Assembly: GCA_038882955.1 (NCBI GenBank) | Contig: JAVZNC010000001.1 | Coordinates: 192,001-256,000 of the forward strand | Direction of reading: 5' to 3' | Length of the DNA stretch: 64,000 nucleotides | DNA from: Candidatus Bathyarchaeia archaeon | Lineage (GTDB): Archaea; Thermoproteota; Bathyarchaeia; Bathyarchaeales; Bathycorpusculaceae | Part shown: positions 1 to 10,699 of the stretch, one piece after another | Position numbering within the stretch: the stretch's first letter is position 1 | Layout: each line of letters opens with the position of its first letter | Made by a program: the position numbers and the translations under genes | Notes under the pieces: generated by a model | Databases searched by the model: none | What the model saw: only the letters and a program-made list of their open reading frames with translations | Told to the model about the DNA's origin: nothing

Positions 1-1
1 G

Positions 2-1672
2 CCTGAAGGAATTCCGACGCACATCGATTATCCTGAAATTCCGCTTTTCGAATTTTTGAGGAAAAGCGCTGAGAAGTATCCAAACAACGTTGCAATTGTT
101 TACTTTGACAACAAGATAACATATAAGGAGTTGGATTTGCTCACGGACAAGTTTGCAACCGCCTTAGCCGATTTAGGAGTTAAAAAGGGCGATAAGGTGG
201 CTGTTTTTCTTCCAAACATTCCACAGTTTGTAATTGCGTATTATGGGGCGATAAAAACTGGAGCGGTTGTAACTGCCATAAGTCCGCTGTATAAGGAACG
301 CGAAGTGGAGCATCAGCTAAATGATTCGGAAGCTGAAACAATTGTTGTTCTTGATTTGCTATATCCAGTTGTTGAAAAGGTTTGGGCGAAAACAAAGCTG
401 AAACACGTAATTGTGGCTGGACTTAAGGATTACATGCCCCCAGCCAAAGCTTTTCTTGGCTCGCTGCTTGGAAAAATTCCTTCCTACAAGGTTGAACGTA
501 AACCAAACGTTTACTTCTTCAAGGAACTTTTAGACAAGTACGAAGCGAAACCGCCAAGTGTAGAAATTAATCCAAAAGAAGATTTGGTGGCGCTTCAGTA
601 CACGGGCGGAACAACTGGAACCTCTAAAGGCGCTATGTTAACGCACATGAACCTAGTCTCAAATGCCATAATGTGCAAAACTTGGTTTAAAGACGCCCAA
701 GAGGGAAACGAAGTTTTCTTGGCTGTTTTGCCGCTCTTCCACATTTACGGAATGACAACTGGCATGAACGCGCCCATATACCTTGCTGGAAAAATTGTTC
801 TGCTTCCACGCTTCGACCCACCAAGCACATTTGAAGCCATACAAAAATATAGGGTTACAGTCTTCTGTGGAGCACCAACAATGTATTCGATGCTTCTTGC
901 ACATCCAGACCTTGGCAAATACGACTGCAAATCAGTGCGCTTCTGCATATCGGGTTCTGCGCCGCTGCCGCCAGAAGTGCAAAAGAAGTTTATGGAGGTT
1001 ACTGGCGGCGTACTCGTTGAGGGATACGGGCTTACGGAGGCTTCTCCAGTAACGCATTGTAACCCGCTGGATAAAACATTGAAAACAGTCAAGATAGGCT
1101 CGATTGGCATACCTTGGCCGGACACAGACGCGAAGATTGTGGATGTGGAAACCGGCGAAAAAGAGCTTGCGCCGGGCGAGATTGGAGAACTCGTTGTTAA
1201 AGGGCCACAAGTCATGAAGGGCTATTGGAAGATGCCAGAGGAAACAGCGGATGTTCTGCGGAACGATTGGCTTTACACTGGTGATATTGGGAAGATGGAT
1301 GAAGATGGCTACTTTTACATTACAGACCGCAAGAAAGACCTAATCAAGTATAAGGGTTACAGCGTCTACCCTAGAGAGCTTGAAGACGTGCTTTACGAAC
1401 ATCCAGCCGTTAAACTCTGCGCGGTTGTGGGTAAACCAGACCCCGTTGCTGGCGAGATTCCAAAAGCCTTTGTTGTGCTGAAGGAGGGCGTGACGGCGAC
1501 GGAGAAGGAACTTATGGATTTTGTGAACGAGAAGGTGGCGCCGTACAAAGCCATAAGGGAATTGGAGTTCAGAAAGGAACTGCCAATGACGCTGGTTGGC
1601 AAAGTACTGCGTAGAGTACTGCAGGAAGAAGAACGCACAAAAGCAGCAGCCGCGACAGAAAAAACACAATGA
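2..1672 (+). CDS. fadD: Long-chain fatty acid--CoA ligase (5' partial; frame is open to the window edge)
   Basis: AMP-binding motifs YTGGTTGTSKG, GYGLTE, YTGD, C-terminal GKV. Confidence 0.9.
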   Translation, partial: PEGIPTHIDYPEIPLFEFLRKSAEKYPNNVAIVYFDNKITYKELDLLTDKFATALADLGVKKGDKVAVFLPNIPQFVIAYYGAIKTGAVVTAISPLYKEREVEHQLNDSEAETIVVLDLLYPVVEKVWAKTKLKHVIVAGLKDYMPPAKAFLGSLLGKIPSYKVERKPNVYFFKELLDKYEAKPPSVEINPKEDLVALQYTGGTTGTSKGAMLTHMNLVSNAIMCKTWFKDAQEGNEVFLAVLPLFHIYGMTTGMNAPIYLAGKIVLLPRFDPPSTFEAIQKYRVTVFCGAPTMYSMLLAHPDLGKYDCKSVRFCISGSAPLPPEVQKKFMEVTGGVLVEGYGLTEASPVTHCNPLDKTLKTVKIGSIGIPWPDTDAKIVDVETGEKELAPGEIGELVVKGPQVMKGYWKMPEETADVLRNDWLYTGDIGKMDEDGYFYITDRKKDLIKYKGYSVYPRELEDVLYEHPAVKLCAVVGKPDPVAGEIPKAFVVLKEGVTATEKELMDFVNEKVAPYKAIRELEFRKELPMTLVGKVLRRVLQEEERTKAAAATEKTQ

Positions 1673-1681
1673 CTAATCAAT

Positions 1682-1882
1682 TTACTTTGTTTGCTCAAAA
1701 CCGCTGCTTTTCGAAACCTTTAGCAGTTTCCATCTACCCAATAAATCCTTCTGATAAAAGTGGAATAAGCCGCAAACTTGGCACCGCATAATCTTTGTCC
1801 CTCTTTTAACATCCAACTCAACAAGCTCCGTGATACCTCCACAATCGAAGCACTTACCAAGGTGTCTCTTTTCCTCAGCCAT
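1682..1882 (-). CDS. Small Zn-ribbon protein
   Basis: CFDC...CQVC, 66 aa. Confidence 0.6.
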   Translation of the reverse strand: MAEEKRHLGKCFDCGGITELVELDVKRGTKIMRCQVCGLFHFYQKDLLGRWKLLKVSKSSGFEQTK

Positions 1883-1991
1883 TCCAAACCAGCGCTCTGC
1901 ATATTCATCGCCGATTTCGACATTAAAACTTTTCCAGAAACATCAAAATGTATATTGAGTGGAGTTTTCCTTTAATAAAAGCTGATTTGAA

Positions 1992-4274
1992 GTGCGTGTC
2001 AAAATTAACGTGACGGGCATCGTTCAAGGCGTTGGCTTCCGCCCCTTCATTTACCGTATAGCTGTAAAGAACAGTTTGAAGGGGTATGTTAGGAACCGTG
2101 GCGACGCTGGAGTGGAGATACTCCTAGAAGGTTCAGAAAAGAATATAGAGGCTTTCCTGCGGGATTTAAGGGAGAAGAAGCCTCCGTTGGCACGAATCCA
2201 CGAAGTTGTGGTTAAAAGGCTGGAGGGCGCAGATGCTTATGAAACTTTCACGATTTACAAGAGTTCTGAAGAGGCGGAGTTTTCTGGTTCAGTTATTCCG
2301 CCAGACATAGCAATATGCGACGAATGCCTAAAAGAACTGCGAAACCCAGCAGACCCGCGACACAATTACTTTTTTATTACATGCACGGACTGCGGTCCAA
2401 GATACACAATTATTGAGAAGTTGCCCTACGACCGCGAAAACACGACCATGCGCGATTTCCACATGTGCAGCTTCTGCCAAAAAGAATACAAAGACCCGTT
2501 AAACAGGCGCTTCCACGCCCAAACAGTAGCTTGCCCAAAATGCGGACCAAAAGTTTACCTAACAACGGCAAGCGGCGAACCAATCGAAACAAAAGACCCA
2601 ATAAGGGAGACTGGAAAACTCATTTCAGAAGGCTTCATAGTCGCAGTTAAAGGTTACGGGGGCTTTCACGTTGCAACCTCAACAGTTAAGGAAGAACCCC
2701 TAACAAGGCTCAGAAAAGTTAAGCACAGAAACCAAAAACCGTTCGCGATTATGGCTAGAAGCCTAGAGGCAACAAAAACCTTCGCGGAAGTAAGCGAAAA
2801 AGAGGCTGAAATTTTAACCTCATACACTCGCCCAATAGTCGTGCTAAAGAAAAAAAACACATATTACCTCTCAGACCTTGTAGCTCCAGGACTGCACAAT
2901 GTTGGAGTTATGCTTCCATACACGGGCTTGCATTACATGCTCTTTGACAAAGTGGATGACGCGGCGTTTGTTATGACAAGCGCAAATCCGCCGAACCAGC
3001 CCATAATAAAGGATAACGATGAAGCTTTGCAGAAGTTAAGCGGAACTGTTGACTACTTTCTATTTCACAATCGCCAGATAGCCCACAGATGCGACGACTC
3101 CGTTATCCGCTTGCACGACGAAAACCTCGTTTTTATAAGGCGTTCACGCGGTTATGCACCAGCGCCGATAATGCTTAAAGAAAAAGCGGAAAAATGCGTC
3201 TTAGGATTGGGCGGAGAACTAAACAACACCGCGTGCATCCTGTTAGGCGATAAGGCTTTTGTTTCCCAGCACATCGGCGACGTTGAAAACATTGAAACAA
3301 GAGCCTTTCTGGAAAACGCCGCAAAACACTTGATTCACTTAACAAACAGCAAAGTGGACACTGTCGTGTGCGATTTACATCCAAAGTTTACAACAACACG
3401 TCTCGCCAAAGACTTGGCAGAACAAAACGGTTGGCAGCTAATCCAAGTCCAACATCATTACGCACATGTTGCAGCGCTTATGGCTGAGCACAACGTAAAC
3501 AAAATTGTGGGAATATGCTGCGACGGTTACGGCTACGGCGAAGACGGCGAAGCATGGGGAGGCGAAATAATACTTGGCAGCAGAGAAAGCGCAGGATTCA
3601 AGCGGTTGGCGCACTTTGAAAAGCAACCTCTAATCGGCGGAGACTTGGCAACAAAATACCCACTTCGAATGGCAGCAGCCATACTACACAAAAAAGCGAG
3701 CATAGAAAGTTGGCTTTTGGAAAATGCCTCCCACTTCCCGTACGGTGAAAATGAAATCCAAATAATCCTAAACCAGCTGGAAAAAGACAAGAATAGTCTA
3801 ACGCAAACCACTAGTTGTGGGAGAGTTTTGGACGCGGTTGCAGCGGTTCTGGGCGTCTGCTATGAACGTACATACGAGGGCGAACCAGCAATGAAGCTTG
3901 AAGCAGTAGCCATGAACGGCAAGAACGCGCTGAAACTCGAACCAATATTTGATGGAAACACTTTGAAAACTACGGATATGCTCATCGAAATCTTCGAAAA
4001 CAGAAGGAAAAAATCTATAAAAGATTTGGCTTACTCTGCACACGTGTATCTAGCCGAGGGGTTGGCGCAGTTAGCAATAGAGAAAGCACATGAAAGCGGC
4101 ATAAACGCTGTTGGCTTTTCTGGCGGAGTTGCGTGCAATGATATATTGACAAGGATTATGCGGGAAACTGTTGAAGCTGCTGGTTTACGTTTCCTTGTTC
4201 ACGATGCAGTTCCACCTGGAGATGGGGGCTTGTCATTTGGTCAAGCGGTTGTGGGTGGATTCTTCACTGTTTAA
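1992..4274 (+). CDS. hypF: Hydrogenase maturation carbamoyltransferase HypF
   Basis: GIVQGVGFRPF acylphosphatase domain, two CxxC-x18-CxxC fingers, QHHYAH, GDGGLSFGQ. Confidence 0.97.
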   Translation: MRVKINVTGIVQGVGFRPFIYRIAVKNSLKGYVRNRGDAGVEILLEGSEKNIEAFLRDLREKKPPLARIHEVVVKRLEGADAYETFTIYKSSEEAEFSGSVIPPDIAICDECLKELRNPADPRHNYFFITCTDCGPRYTIIEKLPYDRENTTMRDFHMCSFCQKEYKDPLNRRFHAQTVACPKCGPKVYLTTASGEPIETKDPIRETGKLISEGFIVAVKGYGGFHVATSTVKEEPLTRLRKVKHRNQKPFAIMARSLEATKTFAEVSEKEAEILTSYTRPIVVLKKKNTYYLSDLVAPGLHNVGVMLPYTGLHYMLFDKVDDAAFVMTSANPPNQPIIKDNDEALQKLSGTVDYFLFHNRQIAHRCDDSVIRLHDENLVFIRRSRGYAPAPIMLKEKAEKCVLGLGGELNNTACILLGDKAFVSQHIGDVENIETRAFLENAAKHLIHLTNSKVDTVVCDLHPKFTTTRLAKDLAEQNGWQLIQVQHHYAHVAALMAEHNVNKIVGICCDGYGYGEDGEAWGGEIILGSRESAGFKRLAHFEKQPLIGGDLATKYPLRMAAAILHKKASIESWLLENASHFPYGENEIQIILNQLEKDKNSLTQTTSCGRVLDAVAAVLGVCYERTYEGEPAMKLEAVAMNGKNALKLEPIFDGNTLKTTDMLIEIFENRRKKSIKDLAYSAHVYLAEGLAQLAIEKAHESGINAVGFSGGVACNDILTRIMRETVEAAGLRFLVHDAVPPGDGGLSFGQAVVGGFFTV

Positions 4275-4322
4275 ACCATAAATGATAAATGGTTCTCGCA
4301 TTTTGGTTTATGTTGATAAGTA

Positions 4323-4559
4323 ATGTGTTTGGCAATCCCAGCGAAAGTCATAAGCGTAGAAGGCGAAAAGGCAAAAGTTGACTTTGGAGAAGGCGTTTTA
4401 AGAGAGATAAACATAACGCTTGTAAACGCCAAAGTTGGCGACTACGTTTTGGTCCACGCTGGATACGCAATCCAAGTCCTAGAAGAAAAGGAAGCCTTAG
4501 AAACAATACGCTTATGGAACGAAATTCTCCAAGCAGAACTAGAAGCTGAAAGGAAATGA
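4323..4559 (+). CDS. hypC: Hydrogenase assembly chaperone HypC
   Basis: MCLAIPA N-terminus, VGDYVLVHAG. Confidence 0.97.
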   Translation: MCLAIPAKVISVEGEKAKVDFGEGVLREINITLVNAKVGDYVLVHAGYAIQVLEEKEALETIRLWNEILQAELEAERK

Positions 4560-5644
4560 GCGAAAAATTGCATTTTAGGGACCCCAAAATTGCAAAAAAA
4601 GTTGCAGAAAAAATAAGGGAAACAGCGCCAAAAAACGAAACAGTCAAAATTTGCCACGTCTGCGGCACACACGAGTGGACGATAACGCACTTTGGCATAC
4701 GAAGTCTGTTACCACAAAACGTCGAAGTCATCGCTGGTCCAGGATGCCCAGTATGCATAGTCCCAGCATCCGAAATTGATGAGGCAGTGCAGCTAGCCCT
4801 AAAAGGCATAACAATAACGTGTTTTGGCGACGTTTTGCGTGTTCCAGGCTCGAAAACTTCGCTTTTGGGCGCTAAGGCTGAAGGCGCAGATGTCCGTATT
4901 GTCTACAGCGTTAGCGACGCTGTTAAAATGGCTGAAATGGAGCCGAACAAGGATTTTGTATTTTCCGCTGTGGGATTTGAAACAACAGCTCCATCAACAG
5001 CCGTTGAAATTCTAAAAACGCCACCAAAAAATTTGGCGTTCTTAGTTTCTCACCGTGTGATTCCACCTGCAATGGAGCTTTTAGCTGGAATGGAAGACCT
5101 AAACCTAGACGGCTTCATAGCGCCTGGACACGTAAGCACGATTATTGGGCTTAAAGCCTACGAGATTTTTCCGATAAAGTACGGCATGCCAACAGTTGTG
5201 GCTGGATTCGAGCCATTAGACGTGTTGTTTGGCGTTTACATGATTTTGAAACAGCTAAAAAATGGAAAACCGCGTTTGGAAAACGAGTATGTTCGCGCTG
5301 TAACTTGGGACGGCAACGTGAAAGCTCAAGAAGTGATACACAAAACCTTTGATGTTAATGATGGAAGATGGCGCGGACTCGGCACAATAGCCTCTTCAAA
5401 ATTTACGTTAAAAGAAGAATATGCACAATTTGATGCACACTTCAAATATGACGTGAAAGTCGAGCATGGCGTTGACATCCAACATGGCTGTAAATGCCAC
5501 TTAGTCATAATTGGCAAGATAAAACCGACAGAATGCCCATTATTTATGAAGATATGTACGCCACAAAAGCCGGTGGGCGCATGCATGGTAAGCGTAGAAG
5601 GAACATGCCGAATATGGGCTAAAGCAAAAATCCAAAACGGCTAA
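4556..5644 (+). CDS. hypD: Hydrogenase maturation protein HypD
   Basis: CGTHE, GPGCPVC, GFETT, PGHVS, C-terminal FeS cysteines. Confidence 0.97.
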   Translation: MSEKLHFRDPKIAKKVAEKIRETAPKNETVKICHVCGTHEWTITHFGIRSLLPQNVEVIAGPGCPVCIVPASEIDEAVQLALKGITITCFGDVLRVPGSKTSLLGAKAEGADVRIVYSVSDAVKMAEMEPNKDFVFSAVGFETTAPSTAVEILKTPPKNLAFLVSHRVIPPAMELLAGMEDLNLDGFIAPGHVSTIIGLKAYEIFPIKYGMPTVVAGFEPLDVLFGVYMILKQLKNGKPRLENEYVRAVTWDGNVKAQEVIHKTFDVNDGRWRGLGTIASSKFTLKEEYAQFDAHFKYDVKVEHGVDIQHGCKCHLVIIGKIKPTECPLFMKICTPQKPVGACMVSVEGTCRIWAKAKIQNG

Positions 5645-5667
5645 CAAAGAAAAAGTGGAACTAAGCG

Positions 5668-6255
5668 CTAAGCGTATTTCTTACATTTGTAGCAGTACCA
5701 ACGCTGATACTGCGGAACATAAGTCAAAGGACCGCCACACGTCGGACAAACCTCAGCGCCAGGCGGCGGTGGAGGCGGCGGCGTGGCTAGAGTAAACTTG
5801 ATTTTGAGGAATGTTGGAAGCGGTATGACTTTTTCTTCCATGATTGCTGCGCAGTAAGCTCCAAGCGGGTAAAAGATTACTGCAAAAAGAAGCGATAAAG
5901 CCCACTGACCCATGCTAGTGCCGAGGTCTCCAGAGTAGATTGCTGTGCCAAATATTGACATAAACAGTGTAATGAACAAATGTATTATTATTGTCAGAAT
6001 GCCCACTGCTATGGCATCTGTCCTTTTGTCATCGGTTTTGTGCAAACGAAAGTTAAGATAACCCGCAACAAATCCGCCGGTGAGGTACCCAAATAATCCA
6101 GCAATAAATGTTTGTGCAGCAATACGTCCCCAGTCAACCCTAATCAAGCCGACATTGACGAAACCAGCGCCGCTGGCAATGGCTAGTCCGACGGCAAACC
6201 CTATGATTCCAGCGGCGATGTAGTCGTGTAAATAGCCTTCTTCTTTTATGCTCAT
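5668..6255 (-). CDS. 4-TM membrane protein with polyproline linker and C-terminal Zn ribbon
   Basis: Four hydrophobic segments, PPPPPPP, CPTC...RWYCYKC. Confidence 0.8.
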   Translation of the reverse strand: MSIKEEGYLHDYIAAGIIGFAVGLAIASGAGFVNVGLIRVDWGRIAAQTFIAGLFGYLTGGFVAGYLNFRLHKTDDKRTDAIAVGILTIIIHLFITLFMSIFGTAIYSGDLGTSMGQWALSLLFAVIFYPLGAYCAAIMEEKVIPLPTFLKIKFTLATPPPPPPPGAEVCPTCGGPLTYVPQYQRWYCYKCKKYA

Positions 6256-6433
6256 TTTGTTCCCTCATAATAGTCCGTTAGAGTAACAGTGTTTCATTTT
6301 GATATTTAACATTTGTTTAGGGTGTTAAAAGCCAAAATTAAGCCTAGATTCTGATGGGGAATTTGGGATAAAGGTAAATGGGGAAATTATTTAAGTTAAC
6401 GTAGATATACAATTATGCAAAGAGAGGTTTGTT

Positions 6434-6760
6434 ATGTCTAAACATGAAAAGGGTGTCACAAAGGACACGCTTATCGGAATGCAAGTCATAGATGCTGAAG
6501 GGCACCTAGTAGGAACCGTTAAGGACGTTTCGTTTATCGTTGGAAAAACTGGTGTGTCGCTTTACGTGGAAAGCAAGAAAGGCGAAGGCAGAAACATACC
6601 ATGGGAACAAGTACAAGCAGTGGGAGACTTCGTGCTTCTAAAGCCAGAGCAACTTCAAACTCCACAAGTCCCGCAAGCATGCCCAACATGCAACGGACCG
6701 CTCACGTATATTCCACAATACCAACGCTGGTACTGCTACAAATGCAAAAAATACGCATGA
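6434..6760 (+). CDS. PRC-barrel domain protein with C-terminal Zn ribbon
   Basis: LIGMQVIDAEGHLVGTVKDV...IPWEQVQAVGDFVLL is a PRC-barrel pattern; CPTC...RWYCYKC tail. Confidence 0.85.
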   Translation: MSKHEKGVTKDTLIGMQVIDAEGHLVGTVKDVSFIVGKTGVSLYVESKKGEGRNIPWEQVQAVGDFVLLKPEQLQTPQVPQACPTCNGPLTYIPQYQRWYCYKCKKYA

Positions 6761-6767
6761 AAGAAGC

Positions 6768-7835
6768 CTAGCATATCCTCGGAACAGGGTCGCCGACGGG
6801 TCTAGGAATAATTCTTTTTCCGCCGACAACCGTCTGCATAGCCACCCCATCAAAGTCCGCTGTTGCTTCGCCTATGATTTCCGCGTCCTTCCCCTCTTCA
6901 GTTGCCCTCAGAAAATCTAAAACCTCATTTGCCTTCTCCTTCACCACGCCTAGGATTATTTTTCCTTCGTTTCCAATCTCGAGTGGGTCTAAACCCAACA
7001 TTTCACATGCTGCTTTAACATCGCCCCTTACTGGAATACGCTCTTCATAAGCAAGTATGCCAACATGGGATTTTTCGCTAAACTCGTTTAGGGCGTCCGC
7101 CAAGCCGCCCCTTGTAGGGTCTTTCATTGCTACTATGCCGCCAACTCCGCCTAGCAAACGTTGGATTAGTCGATTTAATGGCTTAACATCAGACTTTATG
7201 CCGCTTCCAAAGTTTAATCCCTCTTGCGCTGACAAAACAGCCAAACCATGGTCGCCTATCGTTCCAGAAAGGATTACTTTATCTCCAACAGCAAGGTTTG
7301 AATCCAAAATCCAGCGTGCGTTAAAGCCCTTTCTAAAGCGCTTGACAACTTCAATATTGTGGTCCAAAGCTGCGGTTCTCTTGCCAATTCCAGAAACATT
7401 TATTATACATCCGCCGAGACTCCCTTTCTCTACAACCTTCGTGTCTCCCGTAACTATGCTTACGCTAGCCTCCAAGCAAGTCTGCTTCATACTAGCCAAA
7501 ATTCTTTCGAAATCAGACAAGACCAAACCTTCCTCCAAAACAAAACCACAAGCCAAAGCATAAGGTTCGGCGCCCAGAACAGCGATATCATTAACTGTTC
7601 CAGAAACAGCTAAACGCCCAATATCGCCGCCTGGAAAGAAAATTGGCTTAACAGCGTGGGAATCGCTTTTCAAAACAATGTCGCCTACAACCGCAGCGTC
7701 ATCCAAAGCCTCGAGAGACACCTCAAAATTTGATGCGCCACCAAAATATTTTACAACAAAGTTCTTAACCAAATCGTGCATCACTGTTCCGCCAGCGCCA
7801 TGCAACATGGTAATACGCTCATCTTTAATTGTCAC
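6768..7835 (-). CDS. hypE: Hydrogenase maturation protein HypE
   Basis: HGAGG, GDIGRLAVSGTVNDIA, DPTRGG, C-terminal PRIC. Confidence 0.97.
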   Translation of the reverse strand: MTIKDERITMLHGAGGTVMHDLVKNFVVKYFGGASNFEVSLEALDDAAVVGDIVLKSDSHAVKPIFFPGGDIGRLAVSGTVNDIAVLGAEPYALACGFVLEEGLVLSDFERILASMKQTCLEASVSIVTGDTKVVEKGSLGGCIINVSGIGKRTAALDHNIEVVKRFRKGFNARWILDSNLAVGDKVILSGTIGDHGLAVLSAQEGLNFGSGIKSDVKPLNRLIQRLLGGVGGIVAMKDPTRGGLADALNEFSEKSHVGILAYEERIPVRGDVKAACEMLGLDPLEIGNEGKIILGVVKEKANEVLDFLRATEEGKDAEIIGEATADFDGVAMQTVVGGKRIIPRPVGDPVPRIC

Positions 7836-7956
7836 GCCTTTTCACACTCGCCTTCAAATATGAATACCCTACTTCACCGTTGAACATAAATAAATCGCAA
7901 AACTAAGCGGAAATTAACCCATCAATTTTTAAGTTTAGAAACGTTTTTGACTGACT

Positions 7957-8841
7957 ATGGAAAGGGCTAAGGGATACTTGCTAATCGCAGCAGCGTCGGT
8001 GATTTGGGGAACGATGGGCATATTCGGAAAAATGGCATTTGCGTATGGCGTACATCCAGTTACACTAACGGCGCTAAGAATAGCAATTTCATCCATCATA
8101 ATGTTGTTTTTGATAGCCTTCTTTAATAGGAAACTGCTAAAAATTAGGAGACAACACGTACCACAACTGATAGTGTTCGGCGTGTTTGCGGTTGCATTCC
8201 AAAGAGTAGCCTACTTTTACACCGTGAACTTGACGACCGCGACAATAGCAGCCATAATGTTTTACACTTACCCAATATTTGTCACAGCCTACACTGCAAC
8301 ATTTCTTAAAGAGAGGATAACCTCGCTAACGATAACTGCAATAACATTGGCGCTCTTCGGTGTTGCACTTGTCGTGAAAGCCTATGAAACAGCATGGCTT
8401 AACGCTAACATACTCGGACTAGCTTTTGGAACATTAACAAGCGTTCTTTTCGCGCTTTACTTTTTAATGGCGAAAAATCTGAGAGAACATTACACTAACT
8501 GGACTCTGCTTCTTTACGGCGACGGAATAGGCGCAATAGCCCTGGCACCAACACTCCTCTTTGTCTACCCCGAAATTACGAGTTACACGCCTGAACTATG
8601 GCTTTTAATATGCGTGATAGCGTTATTTCCTTCATTAACGGCTTACCTGTTATTCTCCTACGCCCTAAAATATGTTGAATCCACAAAAGGAAGCATACTG
8701 TCCCTAATAGAACCACTATCCGCAGCGGCATTCTCAACAACAATTCTAGGCGAAACTTTCGAACCGCTGCAAATTCTAGGTGTAGCACTTGCCTTGGTGG
8801 GAATACTGCTCCTATTTTACAAGCCGAAAACTAAAAGATAA
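7957..8841 (+). CDS. EamA/DMT family transporter
   Basis: About 10 TM segments in two repeats; IWG, YTYPIF, EPL motifs. Confidence 0.9.
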   Translation: MERAKGYLLIAAASVIWGTMGIFGKMAFAYGVHPVTLTALRIAISSIIMLFLIAFFNRKLLKIRRQHVPQLIVFGVFAVAFQRVAYFYTVNLTTATIAAIMFYTYPIFVTAYTATFLKERITSLTITAITLALFGVALVVKAYETAWLNANILGLAFGTLTSVLFALYFLMAKNLREHYTNWTLLLYGDGIGAIALAPTLLFVYPEITSYTPELWLLICVIALFPSLTAYLLFSYALKYVESTKGSILSLIEPLSAAAFSTTILGETFEPLQILGVALALVGILLLFYKPKTKR

Positions 8842-9008
8842 CTTCATATTACCCGCGTCTCGCCCGCTTCAAGTTCAGCCAGAACCGCTTCTAAAGCAAA
8901 ATGGAAGGTCTATAAAAAGCCTACTTCTTCTGAAAAATGTTTACGCTAAAGGAAAACCATATAAATCGCATCGACGCTGTTCAATTGCACAGTTGGAGTG
9001 CGCATAAA

Positions 9009-9494
9009 GTGCCAAAATGGGGATACTCAATAGCAGAAGAGGAATTAGACCCAGAAAAAACCGTAAAGGCAAGTGGACGAGAGATTAGAGTATCCCATAA
9101 ATCCGCTCATGAAATATGTAAAACAATCAAAGGGATGACGCTTACCCAAGCAAAGCAATTTCTAAAAGAAGTTATAGCCAAGAAAAAGGCAGTTCCGTTC
9201 AAACGTTTTAAGAAGAAGGCTGGACACCGTCATGGAATTGAAAAGGCATACGCGGGCAGATACCCAGTAAAAGCTGCAAAGTACATACTGAAAATTCTTG
9301 AAGGCGCCGAAGCCAACGCGGAATATAAGGGCTTGGACACTGAAAGACTGAAGATAATCCACGCATGCGCCTATCCTGGAATGAAGGTTAAGCGTTTCAT
9401 GCCGAGGGCTCATGGAAGAGCAACTCCAGACTTTGAGACGCTAACGCACGTTGAATTAGCCCTAGAAGAGCAAGCAGAGTCAGGTGAAACTTGA
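9009..9494 (+). CDS. rpl22: 50S ribosomal protein L22 (GTG start inferred)
   Basis: GRYPVKAA, PRAHGRA; first gene of cluster. Confidence 0.95.
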   Translation: MPKWGYSIAEEELDPEKTVKASGREIRVSHKSAHEICKTIKGMTLTQAKQFLKEVIAKKKAVPFKRFKKKAGHRHGIEKAYAGRYPVKAAKYILKILEGAEANAEYKGLDTERLKIIHACAYPGMKVKRFMPRAHGRATPDFETLTHVELALEEQAESGET

Positions 9495-10174
9495 TGGCAG
9501 CCGTCAAACATTTCATATCAGAGTCCATGAAAAAGACGGAAATCGACGAATTCTTGCAGAAAAAACTTGAAAGGGCAGGTTATGGCGGAGTAACAATCTC
9601 CAGAACACCCCTTGGAACACACATAGTCATTTATGCCATGCGCCCAGGCTTGGTTATTGGGCGCGGCGGAGAAACAATAAAGGAACTTGCAACAATTTTG
9701 GAGGAGAAGTTTAAAGTTCCAAACCCGCAGATTTCTGTTTCTGAAATCGAAATTCCAGAGTTAAACCCCTACGTTGTTGCTTCCCGCATTGCATCAGCCC
9801 TTGAAAGGGGAGTTCACTTTAGAAGGGCTGGATTTTGGGCTTTAAATCAGGTTATGGAAGCTGGAGCATTAGGCGTTGAAATAATTATAAGTGGAAAGTT
9901 GAGAACGGAAAGGGCGAGATACGAAAAGTTTAGGGCTGGATACCTGCCGCGGTGTGGAGACCCTCCGCTGAAGTATATGCGAAAGGCAGAAGTTCACGTG
10001 CAACTGAAACCAGGAATATTCGGAGTAAAAGTCAGGATAATGCCGCCAGACGCTGTTTTTCCAGACAAAATCCAAATAGCTGAAGCCCCACAGCCAGAAG
10101 AAGCCCCAGTCGAGGAAGAAGCGAAAACCGAAGAGACAAGCGAGGAAGAGGCAGAAGAGGAGGAAAAGGAATAG
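9491..10174 (+). CDS. rps3: 30S ribosomal protein S3
   Basis: KH motif RPGLVIGRGG, SGKLRTERAR. Confidence 0.97.
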   Translation: MMAAVKHFISESMKKTEIDEFLQKKLERAGYGGVTISRTPLGTHIVIYAMRPGLVIGRGGETIKELATILEEKFKVPNPQISVSEIEIPELNPYVVASRIASALERGVHFRRAGFWALNQVMEAGALGVEIIISGKLRTERARYEKFRAGYLPRCGDPPLKYMRKAEVHVQLKPGIFGVKVRIMPPDAVFPDKIQIAEAPQPEEAPVEEEAKTEETSEEEAEEEEKE

Positions 10175-10175
10175 G

Positions 10176-10415
10176 ATGCCAATACTGCGGGTTAAGGAAA
10201 TACGAGAGATGTCTTCTGAAGAAAGAATGGAGAAATTCAAAGAGCTAAAGACAGAACTTGTCAGACTCAAAACGATGATTAAGGCTGGAGGCACTGTGGA
10301 AAATCCATCGATGATAAGAGAACTACGCAAGACGATTGCCAGAATATTAACCATAGAGAAGGAAGAGAAAGCGAAGATGGCAAAGGCTGAAAAAGAGGGG
10401 GCGAAGAAGAAATGA
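10176..10415 (+). CDS. rpl29: 50S ribosomal protein L29
   Basis: NPSMIRELRKTIARILT. Confidence 0.95.
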   Translation: MPILRVKEIREMSSEERMEKFKELKTELVRLKTMIKAGGTVENPSMIRELRKTIARILTIEKEEKAKMAKAEKEGAKKK

Positions 10416-10699
10416 AGGTTACACCAGACATAATTCGTTACGAATTTATTGGAACGAAGGCGAAAGTCGCAAAAAGCAGCAATCCGCGTTGTGTTGGATT
10501 ATCTGGCAAGGTAATAGATGAGACGCGAAACACTTTCACACTTTTACATGAGCGTGAAGGAAAAAAGAAGACCATTATAAAAGATTCAGCGGTTTTCCAC
10601 TTCAGCTTTCCAGATGGAACAGTTGTCGAAGTTGATGGCAAACTTTTGGTTGGTAGACCCGAAGACCGCTTGAAAAGACGTCTAAGGAGGCTATGGTGA
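10412..10699 (+). CDS. rnp1: RNase P protein component 1 (Rpp29)
   Basis: EFIG, GKVIDETRNT, GRPEDRLK; canonical position. Confidence 0.93.
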   Translation: MKVTPDIIRYEFIGTKAKVAKSSNPRCVGLSGKVIDETRNTFTLLHEREGKKKTIIKDSAVFHFSFPDGTVVEVDGKLLVGRPEDRLKRRLRRLW

